Part shown: piece after piece, positions 1 to 13,800 of the stretch
Position numbering within the stretch: position 1 is the stretch's first letter
Layout of the letters: each line of letters starts with the position of its first letter
Made by a program: the position numbers and the translations under genes
The notes under the pieces: model-generated
What the model was told of the DNA's origin: nothing
The model's input: the letters and a program-made list of their open reading frames with translations, nothing else
Databases searched by the model: none
Origin: Octopus vulgaris
Lineage: Eukaryota
Reading direction: 5' to 3'
DNA: 64,000 nt
Assembly: GCA_951406725.2 (NCBI GenBank)
Contig: OX597819.1
Span: forward strand, 91,946,001-92,010,000

Positions 1-588
1 CGTTCCACGGAGGTCGACTTTGCTTTTAATGCTTTCATGGTCGATAAAACAAGAGCTCGTTGAGAACTGAGGCCAATGTAATCGACCCCCAACCTCTTTT
101 AAAATTGCTGGCCTTGTGCCAAAATTTGAAATGTGAAAAATCTTCTGGTAATATTAGTGGTTAAAATGTTTGATAGTCCATATCATATTAATGAAATAAC
201 TGAGGTGCAAGCAAGCTTCTAATGGCGATCAACCTGTCGCCAGCAATCTGCTGTGAACTTCCCACATATCAGAGGCTGGACCGGTGAATGTAGTCGATAT
301 TTCTGAGAAGAGCTCTCGTTATCTTAGTCAAAGAGTGACTGGCATGTTCCTCTCTATGAAATATATGACATGAAATACATATAAACGAGAACGGAATTGT
401 ATAAGAGCTGCTAACTTTCATTAGCTGTAATGTGTTTCATAGGAACTGAACTAAATTTTGTAAGCAAACCTGTTACATGTTCTTTCATTGTATAGGTATT
501 ATTAGAATGAGTAAGAACTGAAATTTGAAACAAGCTGCGACAAGTGAATCGCTCTCTTTACATATTTTAGAGTTCATATACAAACATA

Positions 589-1013
589 GGCGTAGGAGTG
601 GCTATGTGGTAAGTAGCTTGTTTACCAACCACATGGTTCCGGGTTCAGTCCCACTGCGTGGTACCTTGGGCAAGTGTTTTCTACTTTGGTCGGGCCGACC
701 AAAGCCTTGTGAGTGGATTTGGTAGACGGAAACTGAAAGAAGCCCGTCGTATATATGTATTTATATATATATATATATATATATACACGTGTGTGTGCTT
801 GTGTGTCTGTGTTTGTCCCCCTAGCATTGTTTGACGACCGATGCTGGTGTGTTTATGTCCCCGTTACTTAGCGGTTCGGCAAAAGAGACCGATAGAATAA
901 GTACTGGGCTTACAAAAGAATAAGTCCCGGGGTCGAGTTGCTCGTTTAAAGGCGGTGCTCCAGCATGGCCGCAGTCGAATGACTGAAACGAGTAAAAGAG
1001 TAAAAGAGTAAAG
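589..1013 (+). mobile_element. tRNA-derived SINE, family A (full length)
   Basis: A/B-box head (tggctatgtggtaag...gggttcagtccc), internal microsatellite, tail ggcggtgctccagcatggccgcagtc...tgactgaaac with (taaaagag)n end. Several more copies in the window. Confidence 0.85.
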
Positions 1014-2010
1014 AGTATACATGTATATCATATATGTATCACCGTATCGATCAGGAAATCGCATGTTGTTATACACTGCCAGTCACAATGCGCTTTCACG
1101 TACTGTTATAACTTTCGAATGATGCCACACCGCTGTATATACCAGGCCATATGAATACGTACATACCTATATACACATATATACATATATACATGTATGC
1201 ATGTATACATACATACATACATACAAGCACACACATACATACACATATGTAAATATATACACACACATACGTATACAAAAGTGTGCATGAATATATATAT
1301 ATGTATGTATATATATATATATATATGTGTGTGTGCGTGTGTGTGTGTATAGTCATACTTACATGCACATACATAAATGTACATATATTTTACACACACA
1401 GACACACATTATATTCATATGTGTGCGTCTGTTAAATACATTGGTTTAATTTATTTGTGATTTATTGGTGTTTGTGACAATTTTCTTCTCGCAATTTCTC
1501 GTAAGGACAGCTAAACAAATTATGCGTCTGCTTACTCAACGTATAACATGAAAATGTTGCATACATTGTTGCTAAGCTTCATGTTATGTGCTATGTAGAT
1601 ACAGATGATAAAAATGTTGTTTGTTTGTTTTTAACTTAATGTATTTTACTGTAGTCTATTGCGGTAACAATTTGAGCAGAAGTTTTTACAGTCTTACTTT
1701 TAAATATGTATATTTTTGTTTAGTGTCTGGTAAAAGATAATTAAAAAAAAAAGAAGAAGCTCAACTGGTTCTAGACTCTTCTTACCTTCCAGCTATAATC
1801 AGGCCTTTTATAGCTAGACCAAGTCTATAACTAGCGTTCGTTTGTGAAAAAGGATGCATCAATGAATAAACATAGAATTGTTTTGTTTTTTTGTGAATTT
1901 CTATATGTGAATATGTGTACGTTTGAAAATTCGTGTCCATGAACGTGAAAATTATATTTATAAATATTTCTCTGCCTTTGTTAGACGCATGTATGAATAT
2001 AACGACAAAC

Positions 2011-2105
<95 letters not shown>

Positions 2106-2225
2106 GTCTGTCTGTCTGTCTACCTGCCTGCCTTTCTACCTGCCTGTCTGTATGTATGTGAAGTAAAATTTTGAAATTTTAACTGTAAGCATATATGTGT
2201 GTGTGTGTGTATATATGTGTGTGTA

Positions 2226-2278
<53 letters not shown>

Positions 2279-2484
2279 ACATACACACGCGTATTTGTGC
2301 ATACATGTGCATATGTGGTCGTATGCGTGTATGCATGCGTGTTTCGATGGGTCCTGCGTATAAATATAAAAATATATAAATGTGCGTATGAATATATTAA
2401 GCGCTGCATGTGCACGAGAGTAAACTGTTTGGCCTAGAGTGTAAAATATTCAAGCGAATATATATCAGTAGTAAAGGTGCGTGT

Positions 2485-2756
2485 CTTAGTGGTGTGAGTA
2501 ACCGGCTCATTGTCATGAGTTCGATTACCTACGGCACGTTGTGTAGTTGAGCAGGGCACTGTATTTCCCGTTGCTCCAGTCCACTCAGCTGGCAAAACTG
2601 AGTTGTATCTGTAATTCAAACGTCCAGCCTTGTCACATTCTGTGTCACGCTGTTTTTGTAGAGTGCTCAGCAACTTGTATGCTAATTTCACGAGCAGGCG
2701 CTGGTAGTTGATCGGTTGAACTGGAACACTCGTCGTATTAATCGACGGAATGCCAT
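2485..2756 (+). mobile_element. SINE family C (CORE-like, gttgctccagtccactcagctg)
   Basis: B-box gagttcgatt and core shared with 38655-38990, 52350-52640, 58130-58300 and 63460-63640. Confidence 0.7.
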
Positions 2757-2765
2757 TTAGTTATA

Positions 2766-2975
2766 CAGGGTGTCCACAAAGTCTGGGTACATGGATTAAA
2801 TAAAATCATAACATAAACAATTAAATATAAGAAATAATAATTCCTTAAAGTATGTGTTAATCCCCGTGTGGGTACATGGAGTAAATAAAATCATAACAAA
2901 GAAATAAGTATAAGAAATAATAATTTCTTAAAGTATGTATTGGTCCCCATGTAGCCTGACTTTGTGGACACCCTG
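2766..2975. mobile_element. Tc1/mariner-type MITE
   Basis: TIRs cagggtgtccacaaagtc / gactttgtggacaccctg, TA flanks on both sides, internal tandem duplication of roughly 90 bp. Confidence 0.85.
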
Positions 2976-3078
2976 TATATCGGTGTGTGTCCGCATGTGT
3001 GTGTGTGTATTGTGTGTTCATGAAGAAATGATGTTTTTTGGCATTTACTTACATCTGATTTCAAAACTTTACTTGCAG

Positions 3079-3535
3079 GTATCAGTCAACGAGGAGAAGA
3101 TGAGTCTTTCAAGGGAAGAATTTGAATCATTAAGGGTAAGCCAGCCAAAAGTTGACCACCGTGCTGTAAAACCAACCTTATGCAGCAATTTAGTTGCTGA
3201 TCTACATAACAACAAGGGCCGTGGTGCTAAGCTCTTCGCTAAACGCCAAGCTCGATCTGAGAAATGGGTCGTTGATGACAAAAGTGTGAAAAGCCCATCA
3301 ACTCCTGAGGCAAACGTAAATATGATGAATGTACAGAATAAATTGTCAACCATGATTGAGACGCCAATGCCAATAATAAAACAAAAGCCACCGAGACCTG
3401 AGCAGTTGCCAAATGTACCAAAAGCGGTTCCAGTTCCAATCGTGAAAACAGATCTGAAGTCTGGCGGTCATGCTATAAATCTCGATGGACCCAACTTCAA
3501 TAGAAAGGCACGAGGATGGAATGCTCCTGCACCGA
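3079..3535 (+). CDS. Internal coding exon of a synaptopodin/myozenin (calsarcin)-like proline-rich protein
   Basis: Acceptor acttgcag ends at 3078; donor gtaagt at 3536; open frame VSVNEEKM...GRGAKLFAKRQARSEKWVVDD...PNFNRKARGWNAPAP. The motifs resemble the synaptopodin-2/myozenin GxGAxLFxKRQxRxEKxVVD and FNR motifs. Phase 0 start, phase 1 end. Upstream exons are presumably outside the window. Confidence 0.85.
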
Positions 3536-4438
3536 GTAAGTGTCTATTATTTTTTAGCAATTCATTTTTTCATCATTCGTAACAATACATTATAGTTCTT
3601 AATAACAACAGTTGTTGCTTATGTATTCGTTGATGAGTGCAGTCATAAGCCATGTGGTTAAGAAGTCCACTTCGCAGTCACATGGTTGCGGGTTCGATCA
3701 TAGTGCGCGTCACCCTGGACAATTGTCTTTTCATAGTCTCGAGTCAACCAATATCTCGAGTGGAATTTGGCTGAATAAAACAGATGTTCGATATATATAG
3801 GGAACAGTTTTTCTTCCAAACGTTTTGTATTGAAGACATGATTGCTGTCGTATTTAATAATTTTTTTAATGAAAGATATCTGATATTTCCTTTATGTTTA
3901 GTTTGTGACATAAACGTTCCTATGATCCTTGACATTTCAAGGCCTTCTCAGCATAATCTTCTGAATAAACTAATGCTCGGAAAGCGCTGGTGCTGCGTTT
4001 TGCAGTAGACATCAAGGGATCATGGGGATGTTGCTGCAACTGTAAAAAGCACCATCACTTGTAGGAGTTGCACCGGATACTACTTGTCACACCCTGTCGT
4101 AAATGTTATAAAACAGTGGATTACTCATTGGAAATCTTTAACCAGCAACGCTGTTATTAAAAAATGCTATTCAAAATAAATTAAATAGAGTTTATAAGAG
4201 AAATATTGTGTCATGATCTATGGGATTAATTGCCATAAACTTGCCCTTATCAATTTTCTTGAATTTTCTATACCTTCCCTTGCGTCTTCAGAGTTCTAAA
4301 ATATTTCCAGATGGATTATTGTTCTTTTAAAATTTAATTGATAAAACACAAATCAACATTGTGTCGCAAAGTAGAAATAAAGCATAATATAGTGTCATCT
4401 AGTCTATCTTTCAATGCAATAGTTAATAAGTGTAGTGT

Positions 4439-4666
4439 TGGCGAGCTGGCGGAATCGTTAGCACGCCGGGCGAAATGCTTTGCGGTATTTCGTCTGTCGT
4501 TACGTTCTGAGTTCAAATTCCGCCGAGGTTGACTTTGCCTTTCATCCTTTCAGGGTCGATAAATTAAGTACCAGTTACGCACTGGGGTCGATGTAATCGA
4601 CTTAATCCCTTTGTCTGTCCTTGTTTGTCCCCTCTGTGTTTAGCCCCTAGTGGGTAATAAAGAAAC
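4439..4666 (+). mobile_element. tRNA-derived SINE, family B
   Basis: ggcgagctggcggaatcgttagcacgccgggcgaaatgc...gagttcaaattccgccgagg...aagtaccagttacgcactggggtcgatgtaatcgac. Highly repeated in the window. Confidence 0.85.
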
Positions 4667-6719
4667 ATATATATGTATATATATATATAAGAGTAAAAGA
4701 GTAAAGTAAAGAGTATATATATTGCACTCACACAAATTTAGTAACTTTTCGTCTTGTCAAAAGTTCATTTCTTACTTGTCATTGGAATGAGGTAAAATAT
4801 ATTTGTTGCCAGAGCAGCCAGCCCTGCTTCAACAGCACTATAGTTAAAGGCATCCTAGTGGTAGCCCTTCCCAACTTTTGTAAAGCTTCAAGGATTACAT
4901 TACTTAAAATCTACATTACCTATCTCTTTTAAAGATTGAAGCGTTATTTGAGGGAAATCTGGCTGCAATTCCTTGCAGGCCTAGCGATTCTGTCCAGGCT
5001 CGTTCGTTGGTTCGGTTATATATAAAATCATTAAATATACATGGTTATATAATATATACTCTTTCATTACTTAAACACATGAAATATGTAATGATTCATT
5101 ATATATGATAATATATATATACATATAATGGTTCATTACTTAAGCCCGAAAGAGAGAGAAGTTAGTAGTCCCAATATTTTCACCGTACCAGTGCAGTAAT
5201 TAGAAAAATTGGTTCGATTCAGGACAAAATGCGGTATGGTATTCAATTAAGCCACTTCTCATCTTAAGTTAAAATCCAACTGGGGTTGATTTTGACATTC
5301 CACTTCTAGGACTCAATAAAATAAGTACCAGTAATGTGTTGGATATGATTTAATCGTCTGTCTCTTCTGTGGTCTTCTATATACTGTTTTTACGGTGCAA
5401 CACATCTGTAATTTATCATATTTCTATGATAATAGTTTCTGGTCGGTTATTTTCGTAAATGTGTAACCCTTGTATCTTGCAGAGGTATTAGCAGAAACAG
5501 TCCTGCCCTAATTTATTGCTAGTCTTATTGTTACTAGTAATATATCACATATAAATGAATGATATACTTTTGACAGTGGGAAACAAACTAGAAGGTGGTA
5601 TAAAAGTAAAATTACCCAATTTGGTATGATCTTGATTCCAACAAGCAGAAGATAGTTTTTTGTTCAGTTCAGAAGGGGTTCACGGAATTTCTTTCCGTGA
5701 AAAAGGACCATGTCCAAAACGTAGGAAACGTTTCTTCTCAACGGTATAAAACTTACGTAATTTTACTTTTACGCAAGTAAATTCTGTAGGCCACCACCAT
5801 TCTCCTTATAATGGGATCACTTAAATGAAGTAAAATGTTATATTTTCAGCAATGAGATTAATGTTTGTGAACTAAAGATTTTGGGGGGTAAATTGTGTTA
5901 CTGCTGGAATAAAACAGAGTTTCATGGAACTGATTTAACATATTTTAAAATAAAAAGTGGGTTACAAGCGAAATGCATCCCGCTCCTATTCTATTATGGA
6001 ATTTCAAGAAAGATTACGCAGTATTAAGTTAATGATGGAAAAATAAAATTACTCTGCCTATCCTTTTCCCTACTATTAGATCATTAAGAAATTGTATTAA
6101 TTCTGGTTAAGTGTAGATCAGCCCTCATTGACCGGTCGTCTGATCAAAGATGTTCCAGTGACTACCCCGTATGTTTGTATATCAGTAACTACATTATTCA
6201 ATGTATATCACTTTATTTAAAATATAGGCTATGATTTGAAGGAAATTTGGTTGTAATTTCTGTCAATATATTTAAAGCGATGGGTTGCAAACTGTAGAAT
6301 ATTTGGCTACTATTTCTATTAGACCTAATAGCGTAGAGGCACGCCTGTTGACTCGATTTGCAATGTTCTGTACCGATGTATGGGAATTTACTTCGCTTAC
6401 ATTTCGTCTGTGCGAAATAGTACATCGATCAAAATAGTACATTGCCGGTATACCTTTCAACACTGCATTTTTAATGCTGATGTTATTGTCGTATGCAGTT
6501 CTTTTCTAATGTGATTTTTCAAAAGCTTCTATGGAATGAATGCGAGCGAGAGTGTTGTCGGATGGTGTTTCAGTATTGTTCTGGAATGTTGTTGCTGCTT
6601 AGTCCCAAGTCGATTCTAATCCAGAACTGAATCAAAAGTATTCCAATCGTATTGATTATGCGAAGGGCGATATTAACCAAAAGTACTCTTCTGAAAGACA
6701 GTGTGACGTTACCTTTATT

Positions 6720-7110
6720 TTGGCAGAAACATTAGCACGCCGGGCGAAATGCTTAACGGTATTTCGCCAGTCTTTACGTTCTGAGTTTAAATTCCACCGA
6801 GGTTGACTTTGCCTTTCATCCTTTCGGAGTCGATTAAATAAGTACCAGTTACGCACTGGGGTCGATGTAATGAGCTTAATCCGTTTGTCTGTCCTTGTTT
6901 GTCCCCTCTGTGTTTAGCCCCTTGTGGGTAGTAAAGAAATGGGTATTTCGTCTGTCTTTACGTTCTGAGTTCAAATTCCACCGTGGTCCACTTTACCGTT
7001 CATCCTTCCGGGGTCGATAAATTAAGTATAAGTTGCATACTGGTGTCGTTCTAATCGCCTGGACCCCTCCCCCAAAATTTCGGGCCTTGTGCCTAGAGTA
7101 CAAAAAAAAT
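6720..7110 (+). mobile_element. Tandem SINE family B copies
   Basis: Two consecutive family B units, the second 5' truncated. Confidence 0.8.
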
Positions 7111-7559
7111 ATGCTTGGCTGTTATTGGAGGAACTCAAATGATCTGGCTTACATTTTTGCAAGTCGAGCGAGCCACAGAATCTTTGTTGAGTATATAGAT
7201 ATGAGAAGTTATTTGTGGATGTTTGGAGGAGTAATTGCAGGAACTGTGAGATTTAGAGAATTTGCAGCAACAAATTATTTAGGTGCTAATTCATTTTCTG
7301 TATTTTAGTTTGTTGTTTAGCTGGTGTGAGAGTGCAGTCTTCGTATTCTTTGTTAAGCGATATGCACTGTTTTGCGTTTTTTCTAGTGTGTGATTATCAG
7401 TTTTGTAGTTATGAGTGGGCCGAGGTAGGACAGAAATAATCCACAAGAGATCTAATATATTACTGTGCACTAGTGCGCTCTCCTTCACTGGAAACCCATG
7501 CATGGACATAAAATATCAGCGGACCAAATAGAGCATATATCGATCAACTTGTGGAAGAC

Positions 7560-7590
<31 letters not shown>

Positions 7591-7602
7591 GATTGTCTGA
7601 CT

Positions 7603-7954
7603 GTCTAATGTTATAATAAAAACCACATGGAAGATAGGGATATAAGGTGTGAAAGAGTTGCATTGCTCTGGTCAAGTCGCCCGACTGGATACGTACATAA
7701 CTAGATAATTATATGATAAAGTTTCAACAAGTAGAAAAACATTTGATCATCTAAGAGAGTAAAGATAACGTTATTATAAAAACCACAAGTCTTGTGAAAT
7801 ACAGCTACCCAAGGTTTCTACTTACGTATGTCAAGCAGCCGACTACGGGTCTTGTTCTCAGCTTGAAAAATGGCGAAATAAATCAATGCTTCCATCAAGA
7901 AACCCTGGGTAGCTGCATTAAACAAGAATTGTGGTTGTTTTTATAACATTAGAC
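7603..7954 (+). mobile_element. Short inverted-repeat element with decayed hammerhead motif
   Basis: 7771-7819 and 7603-7627 are inverted copies of 7898-7954. Motif cagc-TTGAAAA...GAAAC-CCTGG-GTA-gctg at 7859-7915. Confidence 0.5.
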
Positions 7955-8056
7955 AGACAGACAAACAGCTAGATGGATAGCTAGACAGACAGAGAGACAG
8001 GCAGATAGATAGATAGACTGACAGACAGACAGATATATAGATAGATAGCTAGATAA

Positions 8057-8120
<64 letters not shown>

Positions 8121-8547
8121 ATTGATACGTAGTGCTGTTATTTCTTTGTATTGACTTGCAGCCCGTGGGTGCCTCAAAAATATTCATTTTAGTGTTTTCT
8201 ATACGTGCTGATAATACCTGAGAATATCAAGCTTTGAGATAATTCATAGTCTGTTCGTCTTCTCTCTCTCTTTCTGTCTTTGATAGATGTAGTATGTTTG
8301 TGCTGTTGAGCATGATGGATGGTTGTAACGCTTATTTTCTAAATAGTTAGTAAGTAGACGATTTGCTAGGTGTTATTGGTAGCCTGTTTATTTGTAACCG
8401 AATTTCTGTGTAGATCCTGTATGAGACTGTAGTTGCTGGTTGCGAGGTATGATAAATTCATGCGTGTACGTTTGAGGAAAGACGTGGGCCTGTCATGTAG
8501 TTATACGGTAAAAAGAGTGGTTGAAAAAACGAAGTCTTATATTTTTA

Positions 8548-8830
8548 TCATTTACTTGTTTCAGTCAATGGACTGCAGCCATGCTGTAGCACTGTATTGA
8601 AAAAAATTTAGTCGAACAAATTGACCCCGGTGCTTATATTTTATTCTATCGGTCTCTTTCGCGGAAACTTTAAGTTTCGAGGACGTAAACATACCAACAC
8701 CAGTTGTCAAGCGGTGGGGGGGGGGGCAAGTACACACGCGCGCGCGAGTAGATGATACTTACCTAGCGTCTCATGCATTGGGATTGAACAGGGTTTCAAA
8801 GTGAGCTTCGTAACCATACAGCCATACCCG
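8548..8830 (-). mobile_element. SINE family A, degraded
   Basis: Reverse complement of the family A tail and body, with an internal deletion. Confidence 0.7.
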
Positions 8831-9583
8831 CGCTTATATCTTACACGCATAGCAATGTATGCTGGAACATTAAAAAAATCATTCCTTATATGTATTGGCC
8901 AGTGGACCTAAGATTTATTCGATGAACATCATTTTGTATAGATTTTTTTTACGGTTTTAATAAGTATTTCGTTTGCAATTTTATATTCCAATCTTCTTTT
9001 CTTGTTTATAAACTAGGTTTTTATAAGTCTTACTAATTGGGGGATCTAATTTCTTTTTATCGTGCTATTGAAACTCTTCAAAACTTACCTATACAACATT
9101 TCGAATGCCGAATTTCGATATTTAAAATCTGTTTTAAATACATATGTTTTCCTGGCTTGAAAGTTTATCAGGATAACTATCCTCTTGGCCTTGGCCGCTG
9201 TCATATTCTGCATGACCAATATATATCAAATATCAAAGTTTATAACAAAGTTACTACCGTCGTAATGACTCGATTTCCGCTTGCTGTTCGTTGTGCATGT
9301 TCAACGGTACAACGGGACCAGCGAAATGGAAAATATTCTGTGAAATTAAAAAAAAAAAATTAGTTATAGTTAAGTCTTCAACAGAAGAGGAATGAAAGAA
9401 GAGGCTGTCTTCTTTTACAAACACACTTTAATACTAAATTTAAAACAAATTTCGGAAGTGTACTTGCCGAGCAAGTGTCTTGATCTGAAATTATATGTTG
9501 AGACTAAAATAATTGTAGTGTGGAAGAAATATATGAGCCATTCAAAAACACGCAAATTCTTAACTTCACTTAAACATTTATTA

Positions 9584-10256
9584 TTTGAAAATAGAAATAA
9601 TGCATTTCTAAATCTCTCAGAGAGATTTATGCATTAGCAGCACGATAAAGTGATAGTATGCTGTCAACTTAATGTAACAGTCCCATGAAAGGGAAGAATG
9701 CTACTGTTATTTAGCCCTAGGAAACACCGTTTCCTGTTGGACTTGACACATTTCCTGTGTCCTCATGTTTTCAAAGTGGAGATAAGCACCTCCACCCAGA
9801 AAAGCCAGCATTCAGAGACTAGTTTCAGAGTCATTGCTCATCATCAGTCTGGAGTAGCATGGCTTACTAGCTATCGATGCTGTCGATCACAGTAGCATTA
9901 AGTTGACAACATACTATCACTTTATCATGCTGCTACTGCAAAAATCTCTCAGAGATTTACTAATGTATTATTTCTATTTTCAAAAATCAGAAATGTATTT
10001 CACTTGAAATATATGTTTTCAAAGGCGAATAGGCATTGACAGCTAGCAAGCCATGCTACTCCAGACTGATAATGAGCAATGACTCTGAAACTAGTTTCTG
10101 AATGCCAGCTTTGCTGGGTGGAGGTGCTTATCTCCACTTTGAAAACATAAGGACACAGGAAATGTGTCAAGTCCAACAGGAAACGGTGTTTCCTAGGGCT
10201 AAATAACAGTAGCAATTTTCCCTTTCATAGGACTGTCACAGCAAGTTGACAACATA
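9584..10256. mobile_element. Hammerhead-bearing non-coding element, inverted and permuted pair (monomer about 343 nt)
   Basis: A(9584-9674) B(9677-9880) A'(9896-9984) spacer B'(10033-10237). Direct repeat aagttgacaacata at 9900 and 10243. Confidence 0.8.
9813..9851 (-). ncRNA. Minimal type I hammerhead ribozyme motif
   Basis: Minus strand caga-CUGAUGA-ugagcaaugacucu-GAAAC-UA-GUC-ucug. Stem I caga/ucug, palindromic stem III ACUAGU. The + strand copy at 10062-10100 has CUGAUAA. Confidence 0.75.
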
Positions 10257-11558
10257 TCATAAGACTGTCACAGCAAGCTGACAACGTATAATTTATTATT
10301 TGGTATCAAAATTTTCGTCGCACCAACTGTGACCTGGTCATTGATGCTGTTCCATTGCAATACTATATGTTTAAGTGAAGTTTACAGCCGTTGTGTGTTT
10401 TTTAATGATTCGTGTATGTCTTCAACACAGCAATCGTGTATAACAAATTTTTATGTTAAAACAGAAAAGCATATAAAAATATTAGTAATGGGTTTATAAT
10501 TCTGATATTTCGGTAATTAAGGTGATTGGCAATGAGCCGGCTAGTTTTAGCACTTGTTCACCTCCGGTTCACGCGATCTGTGATGTGAATTCTTGACCTG
10601 GTGCGAAGAAAATATATCCTGAAATGAGATTTTGTTCTGTATTCTATCGTTTTTATGAGCTCGTTGTCCGTGCAACCATTATAATAACACATATCATACA
10701 TTTATTCAATGGAATATATTTAATTCAATGAAAAAAAAAGAAAAAACAAATCAGGAACAAAACGAAACAATACAAAAAAGACAAAATAAAACACAGTATA
10801 CACATACAAAGTATATACATAGAAAATAATGACTAGTAATAAACTGTTGGATATATAGGAGAGTGTTTTCGACGTTTCGGATAATAGACATTTGAGTGGC
10901 ATGTACTTAAATATCGTGTAGGGTAAGATCTAGTTAATAAAACCGAATTATTAGCAGTGGATATGTTGGTTTGGTTTTGCGTTTGTCGCCCCCACCCCTG
11001 GGAATGGTCCCAATCCATCGCGTGTTCGGTCGGTGCTAGTTTAGAGTTAGTAATAGAGAAACTACAAAGGACATCTATTCGCATAATCGGCAACTACAGA
11101 ATAACTGGACAAACAAAATAATCAAAGAATTCAATGTATGGAAACATTCGGGGTTAGCAATCCAGTTTTTACACTAGAACAAGTCTGAATATGTTTCAAG
11201 CTTACAAATATATCATAATTACATAAAAATGCTATATATATATATACATATAAACTGAGCTATATGTGAATATATTTTTATGAAGAAGACTTTTATGCGA
11301 AATTGTATTGTACTGTACTGGATGTGGTAGCTGTTTCATCCATTTTGCGCTTAATTTGTATGGAAAACTGCGAACAACAAATATTTGCTTCTGTGTCGAT
11401 GTAACTTAACCGTAAAATTTCTTGTTGGCATCTACTTGATTCTAAACAATGGTTAATTAAATTCAGCTTTGAACGAAATTTCGTTTGAAATTCATTTCAA
11501 AATTACAGCAATAATAATGATAATGATGTTAATGATGATGATGATCTTGATAATGACA

Positions 11559-11593
<35 letters not shown>

Positions 11594-13056
11594 ACTGCTG
11601 TCGATGATAATCATAATATTAATTGCAGCAGCAATAATAATATCGATAGAGATGATAACGATTCTATGTTTGAAATGTAATCTCGTTAGGCCTAGTTAAA
11701 TACATACTCGTAATGAGACGTTCGATAAATTTTGGGATCACTTTAGCTCTTCGTTGCCAAAAAATTAGATTATCGTTAGCAAGGACTAATAGGCCATTTT
11801 GATTGCATTAGTTGCTTCTAATTTACTGGTATTAAATTACGCTCACAAACTAGCAATGATCATTAGCTATCGTTTTAATAGAGAAATAAGCATAATTTCG
11901 TTACGTAACTAACTTATTGACATCTTAAACGATTGGAAATTTATATAACCCTCAAATTATTATAGAAATTCTTACACGAAGTCCGTTAAAACTTTTAGAG
12001 GAGAGGTATAGGCTAAAGAATCGACTCCAGAATATAAGTGATAGTTACCGTATTTTCTGGCATACAAGTCGGATTTTCCTGATCAAAATTTGCTGGTGAG
12101 TCGACTAATGTACAAAGATGGCTTTGAAGGACCAAACATTCTATGAGAAAGGCAACAGGATTTAGAAAGGTACTGTCGATGTTTGAATGTTTACACTATA
12201 TACTACAATTTATGTAACGAAAAATACAGTACGTTATCAATGTTAGGCTGATAACACAAAAAATCCTCCAAACACCTGTTGGATTTGAACAATCTAAAAT
12301 TTAAAATTCTATTCGAAAGTATATGTTCCACAATCTTATCACTTGATTTTTGCCCATTATTTTGAATATTTATTGGGAGGAATATAGTTGGCGGAATCTA
12401 TATATCTCTGTGGACATATAGATTCATGATATAGAGGTACGAAAAATACGTGAAAGGCACAAATTGCGGACTTTTAACGCTTCTTCCAATTCTGACAAGC
12501 TGTCGTTCCCACGTATTTACAACGGAAGGCTTTAGTTCTCATGATCATTAAAAATAATTTCAGGAAATACTTTCCTGCGTAGATAAAAATTATTTATATA
12601 TATTCCGAGCTGTATTATATAGTTTTCATCAAAATATAGACATGTTATTCCCATAATTACTCATCAGACTGAACGTACCTTATAGCATCTGTGAAAAATC
12701 TAAAAAGGGAGTGAACAACACAACTCTAAGGAGATGGGTGCTGTGCGAGAAATTTATAGAAGTACATCAATCATTGTGCATTAAGGTAAAGGAGAAATGT
12801 GAATTAAAACGCCATTGACAATCTAGTATCAACGTGTGGTGCATACGTGCTGGGTTCCATTTCGTTGCTAACGTCATCTTAAGTTTGCTGGTAACACTCT
12901 ACAAGTGTTTACGCGTTACGTACGAAAAGGTGAAGAATATAAATACATATCTACGTACATTTTCGGGCACGTCCACAAACACAACGACACACACACAAAT
13001 ATATATATATATACACACATATATATATACATATATATACACATACATACACACAT

Positions 13057-13095
<39 letters not shown>

Positions 13096-13145
13096 CAAAT
13101 ATACATGCGTATACAATATATATCATATATATATTATATATTTAA

Positions 13146-13330
13146 TTCTTTATTGCACACAAGGGGCTACACATAGAGGGGACAATTAAGGACAGACAAA
13201 GGGATTAAGTCGATTACATCGACCCCAGTGCATAACTGGTACTAATTTAATCGACCCCGAATGGATGAAAAGCAAAGTCGACCACGGCGGAATTTGAACC
13301 CAGAACGTAGCGGCAGACGAAATACTGCAA
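13146..13330 (-). mobile_element. SINE family B
   Basis: Reverse complement of the family B consensus. Confidence 0.8.
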
Positions 13331-13352
13331 ATTTATATATATATATGTATAT

Positions 13353-13392
<40 letters not shown>

Positions 13393-13425
13393 CACACACA
13401 CGCACACATATATTTACATATATGC

Positions 13426-13465
<40 letters not shown>

Positions 13466-13602
13466 CAATTGAATATGTATATATATATATATATGTATAT
13501 ATATAACGGGAAGGTTTACGAAAATAAACAAAAGACGAAGGCAGGTGGAGTACAAACAAACAATTGTGCTAGTATGGCGCTCAGGAATAGAAATAAAACA
13601 AG

Positions 13603-13640
13603 TCTTTTACGTTTCGAGCCTACGCTCTTCGACAGAAAGA
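13603..13640 (-). ncRNA. Minimal hammerhead ribozyme motif (CUGUCGA core variant) in a short element (13505-13668) embedded in (TA)n
   Basis: Minus strand ucuuu-CUGUCGA-a-gagc-guag-gcuc-GAAAC-GUA-aaaga, with perfect stems I and II. A related fragment lies at 38540-38635 (+). Confidence 0.7.
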
Positions 13641-13665
13641 TACACAGAAAAGAAACAAGGAGAGA

Positions 13666-13668
<3 letters not shown>

Positions 13669-13714
<46 letters not shown>

Positions 13715-13736
13715 AATATATATGTAAATATATATG

Positions 13737-13800
<64 letters not shown>

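Noticed and set aside
2935-3078. N-terminal part of the 215-aa ORF as a gene start
   Set aside because: The ATG lies inside a MITE and a good splice acceptor precedes 3079, so this is intronic read-through.
9698-10215. Pair of near-identical 65/71-aa ORFs on opposite strands as duplicated genes
   Set aside because: They are by-products of the inverted non-coding element and show no protein-like features.
10860-10890. Hammerhead on the minus strand (ccGAAACGUCgaaaa)
   Set aside because: Only the 3' half is present; no CUGANGA was found upstream.
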